Assembly: GCA_951406725.2 (NCBI GenBank)
Contig: OX597839.1
Span: 30,938,001-31,002,000, forward strand
Direction: 5' to 3'
From: Octopus vulgaris
Lineage: Eukaryota
DNA: 64,000 nucleotides
In this document: positions 61,880-64,000 of the stretch, one piece after another
How the letters are laid out: the number at the start of each line of letters is the position of its first letter
How positions within the stretch are numbered: the first letter of the stretch is position 1
The notes under the pieces: generated by a model
What the model saw: only the letters and a program-made list of their open reading frames with translations
What the model was told of the DNA's origin: nothing
Database searches by the model: none
Made by a program: the position numbers and the translations under genes

Positions 61880-62338
61880 ATGTTTCAATTTTCTTTTAAC
61901 TGGTGGGAAGTGTTGAGTCTGTCCTCGCAAGGCACTGTGAGCCTGACCATATTGGTTGCTTTTGTATTCCTGGAGAGCAGGAACATGTCTGGTCAGAGAA
62001 ATGTTGCTACTGTCTCCTCTGGGTAGACTAGTCTGCTCTTCAAGTTCACTTGCGTCTTGCTGACTGAGGTTGAATGCAAAATAGAAAATGGGTCCCCTAC
62101 CATTGCCTTTGCCTTGGCAGCTTTTGTCGTTCACCCTGAGAAATCGAATACCCTTTAGTGTTGGAGATTGGGGCTTAATAACCTTAGATATAGACAAATG
62201 AACGAAAGTGATAATATATGATATATGATTTATAAAAACATGTAACATACAAATAAATATCTGTAAATATAAAACCATCCGAATTTCCGAGTACCTCATT
62301 TCTTCTAATATAAAAAACCTGTACATCACCTCCAAACC

Positions 62339-62343
<5 letters not shown>

Positions 62344-62396
<53 letters not shown>

Positions 62397-62513
62397 GACA
62401 TATATACATATGCATGTATGCATATATATACATAAAAAAATGTATATGAGTGTGTGTGTGACTGCAAGTGTAGTATGTATAAATATATATATACACACAC
62501 ACACACATATATG

Positions 62514-62561
<48 letters not shown>

Positions 62562-62568
62562 ATATATA

Positions 62569-62653
<85 letters not shown>

Positions 62654-62690
62654 TACATATATATGTATATATGTATATATATATATATGA
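62344..62690. repeat. (TA)n/(CA)n microsatellite cluster
   Basis: Direct inspection. Confidence 0.95.
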
Positions 62691-63584
62691 ATAGGTAATA
62701 TTTTTTACTTTAAGCTTGAAACAGGATTCTTGTACGCGGTTAACCGAAAGTTGCTGATTCATTATTTTTCTTTTGCTCGCCTATGATATAGTGTGTTATT
62801 CTCAGAGATTTTAAGGTGGTAATAGGGCCTTTGGTGTCTAATTCTACAGTGTGTGGTGAGGTGTATAGCTGATCCCTTGTTATAATTATGCATATAATTA
62901 TAAAATATTTTGTAAAATTTACCTATGAGGTTTTTATTTCCATACTGACCACCTGGTAAAATTATGATTTTTACCTTTGTTATAATTATATATATATATA
63001 TACACACACATATATATATATAGAGAGAGAGATGTATATAATTATATATTTGTACACAGACACACACACACACACATATATATATGCATAAGTATATACA
63101 TATCTACATATATATATGTTTCATTAAGTACGTGAAACATTAAAAAGGTTGTTTTTCCTCTATACAAACATAGAATTAGAAGATACCCTCCAGCCCCACC
63201 CCGCACGCACACACTCACACATGAACCAGTCTAAGGGCAATTTAGGTGTGTGTCTACCCAGCTAAATACTTTTGTCAGGAGGAGGCTGTGTTTGCTCTGC
63301 TGTACCTGTCTGTGTCTAAGTGCGTGTCAGCTTGGTACAGGGACTGCTTTGTTCCTCTTCTACACATACACGCACACGTACATACATATATACACACACA
63401 TACATGCATACATACATATATGTGAATGTGTGTGTGTGTGTGTGTGTACATCTAGCCACCTACTGCCCTTGAATGAAACCTTTTGAATAGAGAGTCCATA
63501 ATCCTAATTACTTAACCTATGACACATGCACTCTACTATTTATCACCCCCACTCATCTATCTTTATATATATAAACATAAATCA

Positions 63585-63750
63585 TCATCAACATCATCAA
63601 CATCATTTAACGTCTGCTTTCCATGCTGGCATGGGTTGGACGGTTTGACTGAGAACTGGTGAACCAGATGGCTGCACCAGGCTCAATCTGATCTGGCAAA
63701 GTTTCTACAACTGGATGCCATTCCTTACGCCAACCACTCCGAGTGTGTAG
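63585..63750 (-). mobile_element. SINE/RTE-related 3' fragment
   Basis: (CAT)nTTAACGTCTGCTTTCCATGCTGGCATGGGTTGGACGG. Confidence 0.7.
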
Positions 63751-63751
63751 T

Positions 63752-63830
<79 letters not shown>

Positions 63831-63927
63831 ATATACATATATATAAACATATATATGTATATGAGCATATATATATAAACATACATATGCAAATATACAT
63901 ATATAAACATATATATAAGCATACGTG

Positions 63928-63959
<32 letters not shown>

Positions 63960-64000
63960 TGCACACAGACACACATATGTATGAGTGTGCAATTTGTAGG

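Overview
Eukaryotic, AT-rich, microsatellite- and transposon-dense animal DNA. The SINE/LINE repertoire and (TA)n/(GATA)n load suggest an octopus, but that is an inference. The core of the window is a tandem cluster of five intronless minus-strand paralogs (ATGs at 8739, 22751, 29953, 38258, 45186). Each encodes an N-terminal CARD-like domain followed by a variable number (3, 10, 1, 2, 2) of a ~170-aa alpha/beta domain. That domain's motif order resembles a catalytically dead, shortened caspase fold (hypothesis). The cluster shows recent ~7-8 kb tandem duplications, intragenic 522-bp domain expansion with a 1044-bp higher-order period, chimeric genes and only non-synonymous CARD differences in the pair counted by hand. 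This is the signature of a fast-evolving innate-immune or cell-death gene family. The window also holds an uncharacterized Cys/His-rich protein exon (49986-50692) and decayed hAT, Tc1/mariner, CR1, RTE, Penelope-like (with minimal hammerhead ribozymes), Helitron and SINE elements. All counts and alignments were done by eye.
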